Assembly (NCBI RefSeq): GCF_009914755.1
Contig: NC_060936.1
DNA length: 64,000 nt
From: the human T2T-CHM13v2.0 reference genome, Homo sapiens
Direction: 5' to 3' (one strand)
The stretch's first letter is position 1, and every line of letters begins with the position of its first letter. Shown piece after piece: positions 12,236-26,525 of the stretch. Both the position numbers and the translations under genes were made by a program. The notes beneath the pieces were generated by a model. It was not told where the DNA came from. It was given only the letters and a program-made list of their open reading frames with translations, and did not search any database.

Positions 12236-15146
12236 GGAAAGAAAGAAAAGTGTGTGGTTTGCTAATATAATCTTTAAGTCAATTAAAGTAAGGACATGTT
12301 CACAGAGTTCCTAGGCCTGTGGTGATGCTAGAAGATACGGCTTTCCACCATTGCAGGGAACAAAAGCGAGGTTGCAAAATCTAATGAAAGTTTTAAAATA
12401 GAAAAACTGTAAGCAATTTTGGCAGATAACTAAAGATGTAGTATCTTCATTTTCTTAGTAAACCAAAAGAAATGATATCCCTAAAAATTATTTTACTAAA
12501 GTTATATTCAATTACTGTTATAACTGATATGAAATATTTTCCTTCTTATAGTTTTTAAAGACCTAATATACTCTAGGCTTGCAATTTTTGCTAATTTTAT
12601 TTGTGCATAATAACTCTAGCCCTTAAATTCAGCTTCAAGTTAAAAATGAACACATTAAAAATCCCATCAGCCCAGGTATATAAGTTTTACCTGCACATTT
12701 CTACCTCTTTGGAAATAGAAGGCATGTAAGCACAGTTATGACCTGAACCCTACTGCAGAATGATTTGTAAAGAACTAGGAAATAAAGTTTAGAAATTAGG
12801 AGGTACCTAGCTTATAATTTCAATGAATTATTATTTTTTTCACTGAGGACATCTTGAGCCAGATCAACAATTAATTTTTAATGTAAAAGAAGAATTACAG
12901 AAAGATGTGATAAACCATACCATTACACTTTCCCACTCTTCAATTTTAAAACACAAAGTAAAAATTTTATTTCCTCTTGTGCAAACCCTACTTGTCTTCG
13001 TTTCTGTTTATATAAACTTTATCTATAAGACCATTTAGGTAATAATATTTATAATTAAACACCTTTTAAAAGTTTTCAAAGAATTTTGCTTTAAAAAAAC
13101 AAAATCTGACTTTAGTTAGCTGCATCTCCAGTAATTGCCTTTTGTCAACCCTGTGCTCTGCGCAAACTATTTCTCTCAGTTCCCCAAATGTGTGGTGCAC
13201 ATCCACAATTTCCTTACTGCACACCCAGGTGCTTGGAATGTTCTTTCTTGTGTTTTCTGTCCTACTGTCCTCCCACTCAACTTTCAAGGCCAAAATTAAA
13301 TAGTACTTGCTTTCTTTAGCCTTTCCTAACACCCCTTGCCTATATAATTACATTTATATATTTTACAAACACCTATATATATTATTTCATTGTGGTGTAG
13401 TGATTTAATTATGGTTTGCATCCTTTGTTAAGGATGAGAATTCTCAAAGGCAAGAACTATATCTTGTTTTTGTAATCTCAGCATTTAGCATATTGTCTGT
13501 CACAAACTAGGTACCAACAGATGTGATATATGTTATGGTAGACACAACCATATACCTTGTGTGCACAGGCACACACTTGCACTTCCACACATGCACATAC
13601 CTGCACATATACACAGAGACAGAAATTCACCATAGACAGTAGGAGATGTAGAGAATAAAATACTAGCAACATGCACTCAGAAAAACAGATGCACCAAGAA
13701 AAAGAGACATCAAAGGCAGAAAAAGCAGAGACTCTTTGCTTCCAAGGAATAAGAGGAATGTGAAAGTCATGTATTTTTGCAACAATAGGAATATGAGTAA
13801 AGAGCCATTGTTCCCAAACGCTAGATGAAGTTAGGCCAGATATGAATTCCAGTGCAGAATAGGATGTATAATCTAAACGAGGTGAATTAAAACAACTCAG
13901 AAAAACTAAAGCAGATCGAATATAACTCACAGCATTGAAGTACAGACTGATATGCAATTGATTGCACATCAACTAACTCTTCTACAGAAGAAAGCAGCAA
14001 ATTTGTTCTGATTGCATACTGCTCCCACACACAGATGGGCATGGTGCTCAGATAGCCTCAGCCTCCAGTCAGTTGAGTCCCTGTCCTTACAACAAGGCAA
14101 GAGATGAGAAAGGCAGGCAAGAGCCCATCCTCCACACCACATGATCATGAACTGCTACATCACTAGAAATATCCAACATAAATATTCATCAGTCCTTTAA
14201 GCTGCCCTGCCAGCCATTCATTCTCTTACCAAATACTTAGCACAAACTCTGGGCTTCACATTCTGCTAAGAACTGAGGTCACCTATAAGAAGATGGTCTC
14301 TCCAGCATAAGCACCTATTTAACAGTGTAGACATTGGATTCCTAAAAGTCCTAGTTGAGAAACACCACTGCTCTGTTGGTTTCATGGTCAGAAAAAGAGA
14401 GTGTTCAAAGAGGCAAAGTCTTGGCTTCATGAAACTGTTTTTTGTTATACAACTCAGTAATTTTATTGAACCACCCTGCAGTTTGTATTTCCTGTTTTTG
14501 TTCTCTTCTGATGCCAGAAGGCAGGCACTTCATAACTGTTAAAGATCAAGAGGAGTTTTCTTTCTTCATGCAATATTTAGGCATATAGGAGTCTGTAGGA
14601 TAAAAGAACAGTTTAGCAGCTTGGGGGTATAAAATAGCCTTGTAGAATAATGAATGCTACCTGGATGCTTAAGAGCAAAGACACACTGATTTGGTTACTT
14701 TTTAATAATGCAAGGTACCTTCACTTCTCCTACTGAGGGACTGAGCTAATGAGGCTAATGAGTAGCTGCTCTGCAATGGTGTAAGGTTCCCATAAACTTC
14801 TTGCACCTGCATTTCTACAAACAAATTCTACATCTGCTTCAAAAAGACTATGTGTGTGTGGGGTGGGGTGAGGGAGTTGTATATGCAAAGGATGTGTGTG
14901 TGTGCGAGTCTGTGTGCACACATGGGCATATGTGTTCATATCACCTGGTTCCCAAAGAAGGCTTGTTGTTTTTAGTTTCAGGTTGACCAAAGTGTCACCC
15001 ACTTTTTCCTCTACGTTTATTATTTATAAAGAACGTAAATTATTAGAAAATGATGTTCTATCTAAACATGATCTATTAAAATATCCTCACATCATATGTT
15101 CAAAATCTTATTTGTCAATTTCCTAAGCAGTAGAATTTCAGTAAGA

Positions 15147-15223
15147 TTTTTATTTTTTATTTTTTTATTTTTTTTATTATACTTTAAGTTTTAGGGTACA
15201 TGTGCACATTATGCAGGTTAGTT
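15147..15223 (-). mobile_element. extremely 5'-truncated young L1PA 3' end
   Basis: Reverse complement reads aactaacctgcataatgtgcacatgtaccctaaaacttaaagtataat plus patterned A-tail. Confidence 0.85.
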
Positions 15224-15518
15224 TTTTAACTAGACACAAAAAGTGAAAAAAGCACTTAGGATACAAGCATTAAATTAGAAATTCAAAGACGCAAGATTTA
15301 CCAGAAGCTGAGCAGGTAAGTATAACTGGTAATTAATTAATGTATTTTTAATGGACTATGATGAGCTTATATTCCTTTATTAATCAGAAAAAAAGAAAAA
15401 TATAAAATAGAAATTGAGAGGTGTTATGTACTTATTTTATTCTGACTGCTTCCAAAACAAAACAAAACAAAAAGAGCAAAAAATATGATCAAGGAGAATT
15501 TTATAGAAAATTATCTTT

Positions 15519-15830
15519 AGCCAGGTGCTGGCTCATGCCTGTAATCCCAACACTTTGGGAGGCCGAGGCAGGCAGATCACTTGAGGTCAGGAGTTCGAGA
15601 CCTGCCTGGCCAACATGGTGAAACTGCATGTCTACTAAAAATACAAAAATCAGCCAGGCATGGTGGCATGCTCCTATAATCCCAGCTACTCAGGAGGCTG
15701 AGGTGAAGAATCACTTTAACTCAGGAGGTGGAGGTTGCGGTGAGTTGAGACCCGCACCACTGCACTCAAGCCTGGGTAACAGAGGGACACTCTGTCTCAA
15801 AAAAAAAAAAAAAAAAAAAAGAAAAGAAAA
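15519..15830 (+). mobile_element. Alu (S-like)
   Basis: Dimer, A-tail, TSD agaaaattatYttt. Confidence 0.93.
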
Positions 15831-17001
15831 AGAAAATTATTTTCAACTAAAAAGAACACTATGTGACAGGGCATGAGATTGAGTGATGACCATATTCCAA
15901 GAATTTGGTGGCTGGAGTGTCTTTCTCTTCTCCACAAGGTAATAAAGCCCTACCAATGCCATCTGAGTGGAATCAGCGTATCCACATCTCTAGAATAGAT
16001 ACTCACGTCCTTGGGGCTACACATCTCAGGTGAATAAATCTTCACCCAGAACCCAAACACGTCTAAGTCAGAAACAGATCCTCTAGGGGTGCTGTTGGTT
16101 ACACCTGCAGCACTGTGATGATCAAAGAGAAACTGAACTTATACTTCTCCTGTCTACACCCACGATGACACTTAGGTCGGGAAATTAGAGAAACTCTGTG
16201 TTTATTTAGTCTCCCACTCTTATGGCACTGGAATGCAACAAGGCAGATCCACTGGAAGTGGTAGATAACCGTAATCTGAAAATGCCCTTTGTAAAAGTAT
16301 CTGATCTCCTGATTACTTTAGAGACTTAAATTAGCTCCGAAGGGGATTTTTACTTGACATCTGACAAAATTTATTTTCACGTTCCTCTAGAAGAATAAGA
16401 CTAAATTTTTTTTAAAAAGAGAGAGTATGCCATCGATGACTTTAAAACACTATAAAGCTACCACTATCACAATAGTAAAATAAAGAGTAATCTCTAAACA
16501 CACCCTATGTATAGAAAAACTTAATGTGAAATAAATAGCATATCTTGAATCAATTCAACTTCTCATGTAAGAAAAGTTAATGACTCAAAAATAATTCAGG
16601 TTAGAGCCTTATTTCATAATATTCCAAAAATAAATTTTTATAAAATGCTAGATGCATATGAAAGTTATAACTTAACTGCTCTCTGGAATAGGAATTAGTA
16701 TCAAAACATAAATGCAGTGGAAAAAATTGCAAAGGAAAAGATAGGTTTGACCACATAGGATTTTAAAGCCTCTGCATATTCTCCCCCAAAATAAAGTATA
16801 AATGTTAAATTGAAAAAAATGCAATAAGTGGTGAATATACCTAATATACAACAAGCTTTGCAGATCAGTAGGAAGAACACTATTATCTCAATATAAAAAT
16901 GAGCATGGTACACATTTTTCATGGTCTAATAGATACAAGAAAATATTTTCTACCTTAATAGGAATAAAAAATACCAAAAGAAGACTGTGACAAATGACTT
17001 T

Positions 17002-17318
17002 TTACTTTTTCTTTCTTTTATCTTTTTTGAGACTGACTTTTTTCTTTTTTGCTCTGTTGCCCTGGCTGGAGTGCAGTGGTGCAATCATAGCTCACTGCAG
17101 CCTCCACCTCCCCAGCTCAAACAACCCTCCTGCCTCAGCCTCCTGAGCATCTGGGACTATGGGTATGTGCCATCACACCTGGCTAATTTTTTTAATTTTT
17201 TGTAGAGACAGTCTCGCTATGTTGCCCAGGCCGGTCTTGAACTCCTGGGCACAAGGAATCCTCCCCCCTCGGCCCCCCAAAATGTAGAGATTATAGGTAT
17301 GAGTCACCACACCTGGCC
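17002..17318 (-). mobile_element. Alu (J-like)
   Basis: Reverse Alu dimer with J-type features. Confidence 0.9.
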
Positions 17319-18728
17319 TGACTTTTCACTATTTAAGCCACTAAAGTAGTTAATGTGATTAATAACCTATGTTGATGGGATTACAGTAAGCCAAGCATTC
17401 TCCCTATTGCTTAACCAGGGTAAAAATGGGTATGATAACCTTTACAGAAAGTAATTTGGCATTTTGGCAATTTGTTTTAAGAGTCTTTAAGAAGCTCATA
17501 GTTCCTATCATTTGACACAATAATTCAACTTTTAGGAATCGATTTTAACAAAATAATGAGATAAGCACCAAGATTTTGGTACGCACATTAATCCAACAAT
17601 TACTTTCTGAATACCTGTTCTGTGCTGGGCCCTAGGGTGGAGCCACAGTGAACAAAAAAATAGGGCTCCTATGTGCATGGAAGTTACCATCCATTAGTTT
17701 AAAAAAATATTGTGATATTGCTATAGTCAAACTCTAAAAACAACATAATTAACAAATAAGGGAATGTGTATACAAATTATGGTATATCCATAAAATAGAA
17801 TATTGTAAGAGCATTAAAAACAACTTTTGAAAAAATCCATAATGACATAGGAAATGGTTATGTTAAAAGGTTAAAAGCAAAAAAAAAAAATCATGACGCA
17901 AAACCAAATATATATTATCACAAATATGTAAAAATTCAGAGAAAAAAGATGAGAAGGAAATACATTAGGATGATAACACAAGTGATCTCTGTATATTTCT
18001 AAAAGTCAGAAATCCCGGGCTCTAGTCTCAACTCTACTGCTTATTACTATCCTAATATTTGACTTTGGGCAAGTCAGTCAAATCTCCTAAGTCTTAATTT
18101 TTTAATTTAGAAAATGAGCTGCAATTCTGGATTTGACTCGCTACTAGTATTCAAATTAGATAACGCAAGAGTGAGTCTGTTGTAAGCTGAAAAGCTTTAA
18201 ACAAATATCACATACTATTATTTTCTTAGCAAAGAAGGATGATTAGACTAGAAACGTTGAACCCCTTTCTCCCACTTTTCCATGTCTCTTCTCTCCTTCA
18301 AATTCTAATTTAATACAATGCTAACTTTTGGGGAATTTTCTTGACTTATCCCATTTGCCCCCCAATCACTTACTTTATATCTTTGCCACATTTTTGTGTA
18401 TCTCATTAATCCATACATTGGCCAAATATATCTCACCAGATGTGTTTCTTTCTCCTTTTTTTTCTTTAAAAAAGTCTGGAATCATTTATGAACTTAGTGT
18501 GGGCTGGGCTGGGGCTATTCTGAATCTTTAGAAAATTATATAACCATCATTTCTTCACTCCCATCTTAATCCTTTGCCCAAAGAATAACAGTCAAACTGT
18601 CCTAAAATCAACAGATGTCTTCAGGAAAACATTTCATAACCTCTCTGATGTAGGACATTTGCATCTTAAATATTCTTATCATCATTACATTTTAAGTGTA
18701 AACCTTTCTTCAGGCAAAGACCACCCAC

Positions 18729-18837
18729 CTGATGCCTTGTGAGGCACTGTTCCCAGCAGAGGGACATTGACGGTTGGATCTGCCATGATGCCTTTATCCA
18801 GGGAGCGCAAGGACAGGAATTCATAGAAGTATTCTGC
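18729..18837 (-). CDS. WIF1: WIF1 exon 3 (WIF domain)
   Basis: tag| [36 protein letters not shown] |GTGGGT; 109 nt, phase 0 to 1. Confidence 0.97.
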
Positions 18838-19020
18838 CTACAACCAAAGGCACTGACAGTTAGTAACATGGAAACCAGAGAGGGAGAAGGCACCACAGAA
18901 TTCATCGTCCATCTGATGGGGCAGAGATAATTTTCATTACAGGAACTCTGGAGCACACAGCATCCAAGATACTGGGTAGGCACAACTCACCCTTCTGTGT
19001 TAGACTCTGGAGAGAAGTGA

Positions 19021-19362
<342 letters not shown>

Positions 19363-19822
19363 GTAATTTTTTAACTTAAATGATATTAATTGCTGTCTTT
19401 TTAAAAGATTGAGAAAAAAAATTCTCTTAGGGAAATAGGTGATGTCAAACCAGTCATTGACTAGAATCCATCTCAGCTATTTTAATCATTCTTTAATACT
19501 CCTAATTCTAAATTCTGAAGTGAGTCTTTTGATCAGAATTTGGAGAGTTGTAATGAAGTCCCAAATTCCATGATCTTGCTGTTAACATTTATTTTTTACT
19601 CTCATTCCCTTTGAAAGGTTTATATTTAATGTCTCGATTTAATTGTGGAGAGAAAAGCCAAAAGATGCAAAAACCACCATCACAATAAGACAACAAGCCA
19701 TAAACCTTTACATTGTGAACACTTTCATTTACCCACTAAGTCTAGTTGAGAAAATGATTCCTGCTACTCAAATGGCCATGAATACTGAAAGTAATGATGC
19801 ATAATCTCACTATAGAGCTTTA

Positions 19823-20455
<633 letters not shown>

Positions 20456-20523
20456 ATTGGAGATTGTTATTATTATCATCAATATTGTTTTCATAAGTCT
20501 CCTCCCTCAGTTATCAGCTTCCA

Positions 20524-20625
20524 GCTTGAACCTGGGAGGCAGAGGTTGTCATGAGCTGAGAACATGCCACTGCACTCCAGACTGGGTGACAGAGTGAGAC
20601 TCTGTCTCAAAAAAAAAAAAAAAAA
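20524..20625 (+). mobile_element. Alu right-arm 3' fragment
   Basis: gcttgaacctgggaggcagaggttg...gactctgtctc plus A-tail. Confidence 0.88.
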
Positions 20626-23600
20626 GCGGAAGGAGAGTTGTGATGGTAACAATATGTTCTTGCTTAGAAATAAAGAACAATCAATAAATAGCACCAATGC
20701 TAACATGAGAGTTAGGCAAGTTGAGTGGTTCTGCAGTTACCTGTAGAGACATCCAGAATTACATTAATTTAATGTAATGAATTAAATTAATTAATTAACT
20801 TTTTGCATTCTATCCATTCAGTTCCACACCCAGAACTACATTAATTCAATGTAATTAATTATATTAATTTTTGCATTCTATCTATTAATTAAAGAAATTA
20901 CATTAACATGGGCTAGAAGGAGGTTGCAAAAGAATATGACCCTACAAGCAATATAAAATTTATTTTACAACATGAAAGATATTAAGAGATACATGGTAGA
21001 CATTCAAACAATTTGCTGCTTTAAATCACAGTATCACATGCAGCAGGCATTAAGGACTTCACATGAGGATAATAATGCCAAGGGGTAGTCTCAGATGCTG
21101 TGGGAACTTGTCCATACTTGAAGTTAATTGAGAAACACTTCCTGGTTTCACTAAGCCAAAAGGATAACCTTCATGGACCAAATTCCCACTGCATCCCCTC
21201 CTGTGAGTTGTGGTCAAGTTTCCAAAAGACCACTGTGAACAGTTCCCTAGGTGGGTAACAACATTGTTTAAGTTAATTTATAAAATTGATTCACTAGGAT
21301 GGCCCTGAGAATAAAGGGTCATAAGGCAGGTAATTCTTACCCTGTTTAAGGGAAGGCAGAGGTTTATAAGAAGTCTGATGAAAGGAGTGTTGTCAGGAAA
21401 GGTAATTCAATTTGGAATGAATTCCTTTGAAAGAGAGAACAGTATTTCTGTCCCTGCAGGAAAACCAATGACTATTAAAAGTGGATTTGTTTTCATGAAT
21501 CCAGGTGTTTTAAATGACTTCTACCACCTGCACTTCCCTCTACATTTTACTAGATAATATGTATCATTTAACATACTGTTCTAAAACGTATTTTATTTGG
21601 CACTATGAAAGGATTTAGTGATAGATGCCCTTATAATGAATAACATTTGAATTATTTCTATTACTAAGTACAGTAACAACAATCACACAATAAACTTGGG
21701 TGTAATGCACACCATGTGCCAAAACATTCTAAAGACTTAACAGTACATATAATGATGGAAAAGAAATGAATGGATAGAATGCAAAAAACTTTGAAATTAA
21801 AAGGTCAAATACCATATAAGTTATCATTTGCTACCCCATAATTATATCTTTGAGCTTTGTCACATTATAAATTAAACATACCTTTCTATGTGTGATATAT
21901 TTAAAAATTACATTTGTAAAACTACAATAATTTTAACAAATATAATTTAATTTAAAAAATAAACTTTTAGTTAATAAGAAAAACTAGACACCAAGATTAA
22001 AACAATGATTGTGTAGAATTGATGGTGATTTTTTTTCTTTTCTCTCTTTTTCAGATTTTCTATATGTGAATTTATATCTTTTCATGAAATAAGTGCATTT
22101 ATGTATTTTTTTAAAAAGCATTAATCATGTACCCTCCTTTCAGTTCCGTGGCTGATGATTCTTTTTCCATAATTCTCTGATCATAGATAAAATATTCTTC
22201 TTGAACATCTATTTAACGTGGCTGTGTTTAAACAACAATTTTATTTAAATCTCTTCCATGTCTCCTTGAAAGTGCAGCAATTTGCATAAAATAGCTTCTG
22301 AACGCCTCTTCCAAAAAGTTTTGATGATGTTCAAAGAATATGGAACTGAAAAAATTCCATTCGGAGGCCAGAAACATAACTTCACAGAGCCTTCAGGTAT
22401 GACCACAGAAGGTAGACTGAGAAGCATGGAATCTGTTATACTTAGCATCAGAGAGTTGATAATGAGCAGTGGCACGACTGCTTCACATGATGCAGCTAGG
22501 CTTAATAGATTTCTCTGGACACCCAATACTCTGATCTAATCAATAACACACTTTACACAAAAGTGTCCCTTTTATTTCTTTGAGAATCAGTAAACATTTG
22601 TCTTATTCTAATAAGACTGTTCATAAGGCAGGAACTGGTTTCTTTCTTGGATCTTATCAGCAAAAGGCAGTTACCAGAGTAAATCGTTTTCTTTCTTGCT
22701 GAAGATGATAACTAATGGTGCATGAATCTCTGAAACATGTAATTTCCTGGATACTTGGTACATTTCTTTAAAAAAGATTTTGTCTGTGGTTTTCATTGCC
22801 TCTTTAAAAATTCTAACTTCACACTGGGAAGTTTTAAGATAAAAAAAAAAGAAAAGAAAAAAGAAAAATTTTAACTTGAAAACCATTTAGAAATTGACTA
22901 ACCTTTTATCTCTGATGTTGACACTAACTTCTTTCAAAGTTTTACTTTGCCATTGTAAAGAAATCTAAAACCATCAATACTGTGAAAATATTTCCACAAA
23001 TATAGTATTATGAACTACAGAGTAAATATATCCTTCATTTAACCTAAGGGCTTAAATTAAAAGCCACAAGAAATGGCTGATGAACAATATATTTACGCCA
23101 TACTCTAACTTCTAGACAGGACTTTCTGTTTTTACTTTATTTATAATAAATATTCTTAGACCCAAATCTCCCCATTGGAAAAACTTATTTGAGAGCAAAT
23201 AAAATCTAAATTCTATGCCAAAGAGAACAGAGAACTAGCTTTAAAGTTTGGGAACAATTTCCACAAATTGTAGATTTATTATTTAGATAAAAGGAACTCA
23301 GAGCATGAACAGTAATAGAGAAATGGTATACTGGAGAGTCTAAAACCTCTATTAGGAAAAAGTACATTTTGTTCCATTAAATGACACTAGAGGAAACTCA
23401 GGTAAAGGCAAACAGAGTAATTATTTGGGAAACACATGAAAAGGTTGCTTTGTATTCAAACAAAGAATGGGTCTATTCAGGAGAATAATTCACTGGCATG
23501 GTTTGCCATGCAGTAAATTTTCTTTTCATGGAGAAGCATAAAAGACACCCAAATATTATCAAGAGAGGAGTGCTGGAGGTCATTTAACTTGCTTCCAATG

Positions 23601-24711
23601 GACTTGGCTGAATATTAGGATTGTTCCTTCCAGATGAGATGAAGACATCATTTAAACAGCAAAATGGGACAACTCATAAGGCCTTTGTTCTGGCACTCCT
23701 TTTAGGGTAGACATAGAGAAAGGAAGCAGAGAATTGCATTAACCCCTTATTGAGAGGAATGAAGAGAATCCAGTATTTCTCTTCTACCTTTGAAGTTCTG
23801 TGTTTATGGTGTGTACTTAATCTAATAAGCACAATAATTGTAGGAGCCTCTGAGTTAAGAATCAAAGATCTTTCAGAAAACCAAGGACTTCAAACCTCTT
23901 TTAACCCATATATCATGATGCTGACCTAAGTGCTCATGGAAGAACATTAAAACAATAAAGTTATCATCTTTGTTCTAAAGAAGGTTTCAGGCATTTATAG
24001 ATACAAAACACACAAAAGCTGTAAGGTTTGAAAATTTTCAAATAATTTTTGTTGAATGTTTATTATACTGCAGTTACTGTTTATTTAATTCTCACAACAG
24101 CCTATTATTGTTACAGCATACAAGTGAATTCAGATTCGCAGATTCACTGTGAATTCAGATTAGCAGATTCACTGGGTATGAGAGGTACTAAAGAGATGTA
24201 AAATAGATCGTACGCTGTAAGTGAAGGGCCAGAAAAAATCTAAAATAAGCAAGAAAGGAAAATAGTTCAATGTTAAAGACCCAAACAAAACGAATAAGCA
24301 TGCCCAATGATTAAAATAATCTGAATATCTAGAGCAAAAATTGCCAGATCTCACATTCTTCCTCAGAATTCTTCTTGTTACCTCTGCAAAATTTCATCCT
24401 TCAAACTCAAAGCTCATTATCTTTGGACTCTGTGACACTCTTCTGATTCTCATATCACTTCTTGATTTTCCTGCATTTCCTCATTAACTCTCAGCTCATA
24501 ATCATATAAAATCACTAAGACTCTTTTTATATTGTCATGAAGCTCAGGTATTTTCACAGATTGAACCATTTCCCTGTAGACAGCAATGCTCAACATGAAC
24601 CATTCACATCCTTCTTCCAAAGCACAGACTCTTCTTGCCATCTGCGTCATGCCCATGCTCATGTGCATGGAGCCTGGTTCATTATCTTCCAAAATCAGCT
24701 TCCCCCACTTG

Positions 24712-24888
24712 ATTTCTCTTTTCTTTTCTTTCCTTTCCTTTCCTCTTTTCCTTTTCCCTTTCCCTTTCCTTTCCTTTCCTTTCCTTTCCTTTCCTTTCCT
24801 TTCCTTTCCTTTCCTTTCCTCTCCTCTTTTCTCTTTTCTTTTCTTTTCTTTTCTTTTCTTTTCTTTTCTTTTCTTTTCTTTTCTTTTA
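24712..24888. repeat. (TTTCC)n/(TTTTC)n polypyrimidine microsatellite
   Basis: ~175 nt essentially pure C/T, at the tail position of the adjacent Alu monomer. Confidence 0.95.
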
Positions 24889-25030
24889 TTTGCACCTCAC
24901 TCTTGCCCAGGCTGGGATGCAGTAGCACGATCATGGCTCACTGTAGCCTCAACCTCCTGGGCTCAAGCCATCCTCCCATCTCACCCCTCCAAGTAGCTGG
25001 AATTACAGGCATGAGCCACTGTGCCTAGCC
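24889..25030 (-). mobile_element. FRAM/AluJ right-arm monomer
   Basis: Single reverse Alu arm ending gagccactgtgcctagcc. Confidence 0.8.
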
Positions 25031-25049
25031 ACACTTAATTTCTTTTTAG

Positions 25050-25740
25050 CTGCCAATGGTCTTGTTATTGTTTCAATTAACAAAGATACTGAAGCTCAGG
25101 GTTATTGCTGTTTCTTACCTCTATCTCATGTCCCCACAGAAAGACACCAAAATCTTATCCTTTCTTCTTTTATATCTTATGATTCTGTACCTTCCTTTCA
25201 TCCTCACCACTTCCACCTGAATCCAGCATTTATTTCCTCATATTGGCATTTTTATAACATTCTTTGAAATATTCTTTTTGCCCTTCTCTTTAAAAGTGGC
25301 CAATACATCAAATGAAACCACCACTTTTGCCATGTTACAATCCTTTCCTGTCCCTGCTTATGGATGGGATAAGGCCTTCGGCCTGTTAGGTGTCTCCACA
25401 GCCTGGTTCCTTTATCTTTTTATCTCTCACTACTCCCCAACAGGCATCATCTTCTGGAGCTCACTGGCCCGAGGTGATACCATAGCCATGCCTATATTCC
25501 AGTGATTTAACCTCTACTGACCTTCAATAGGACTTAAACCAGCTTGGCCCTTAAACATCTACCACTATGTATTATTATTTAACTTTTCATATGTTTATAT
25601 CTTGTATTCTCATCTAAATGTTGGATTCCTGTGGCTAAGAATGGGACTACATATTTTTTCCAATGGTCTACTGGAGACTCACTCAGCATTGTGCACAGCA
25701 AGGCATTTGAAAAATATCTGCTGAATAAGTGAATGAATGA
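25050..25740 (+). mobile_element. L2 3' fragment
   Basis: Degenerate L2 ending aaatatctgctgaataagtgaatgaatga. Confidence 0.55.
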
Positions 25741-26211
25741 CCTACTGAGAGGCATCCAGAAGTGTAAACCCGGTGCGTTCCAGAACACATTGTTGTGGTA
25801 AAATGGCATTAGCCTCTGATTCTAGTGACAGGCAGCAGCTTTTCTGTTTGGCAATTGCTAAGTTACTTTTATGGGCCAAAAACTTCTCTCTTACTCTTCT
25901 GTGTGGTCAGTCATTGCAGCCCACAATTGAGAATACAGAGCACTTTTGAAAAAAAGAACAATCAAACACTGACATTTGTTATCTACCCGATCTGTGTGTA
26001 GTTTATAACTGTTTTATGCTTGTTCTGGCACAAACCTTTGGCAATGAGGCTCCCAGAAAGAATGAAAGGAGATAATGTAAATGAGGTCCTGTTCTGACAC
26101 AAGACTTTGCCCAAGGCTCTTCTGGTTTATATTTCCCTCTTGGGTTCCAGTCACTTTGCCTTCTATAAATTACAGGATGTAATTGTGCTATCACTGCGAA
26201 ACTGTGAAACA

Positions 26212-26525
26212 CAGATTGAGTATCCCTTATCCAAAATGCTTGGGACCAGAAGTGTTTTGGATTTTAGATTTTTTTTCAAATTTTGGAATATTTGAATATA
26301 TATAATAAGATATCTTGGGGATGGGACCCAAGTCTAAACACAAAATTCATCCATATTTCATATATACCTTATAGGCTGAAGGTAGTTGTATATAATATTT
26401 TAAATAATTTTGCAATTAGTCACATGAAGTCAGGTGTGGAATTTTCCACTTGTGGTGTCATGTTGGCCATTAAAAGTTTCAGATTTTGGAGCATTTCAGA
26501 TTTTGGATTAGGAATGCTCAACCTA
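26212..26525 (+). mobile_element. Tigger4/MER46 (Zombi) non-autonomous DNA transposon
   Basis: Terminal inverted repeats cagattgagtatccct ... aggaatgctcaaccta; characteristic aaaatgcttgggaccagaagtg. Confidence 0.8.

Noticed and set aside
20753-24173. CRISPR-like or prokaryotic repeat-spacer interpretation of the short palindromic repeats
   Set aside because: Only 2-3 adjacent units without unique spacers, in a clearly primate intron
24537-25028. Phe/Ser- and Lys/Arg/Glu-rich ORFs
   Set aside because: Translations of the microsatellite and Alu monomer
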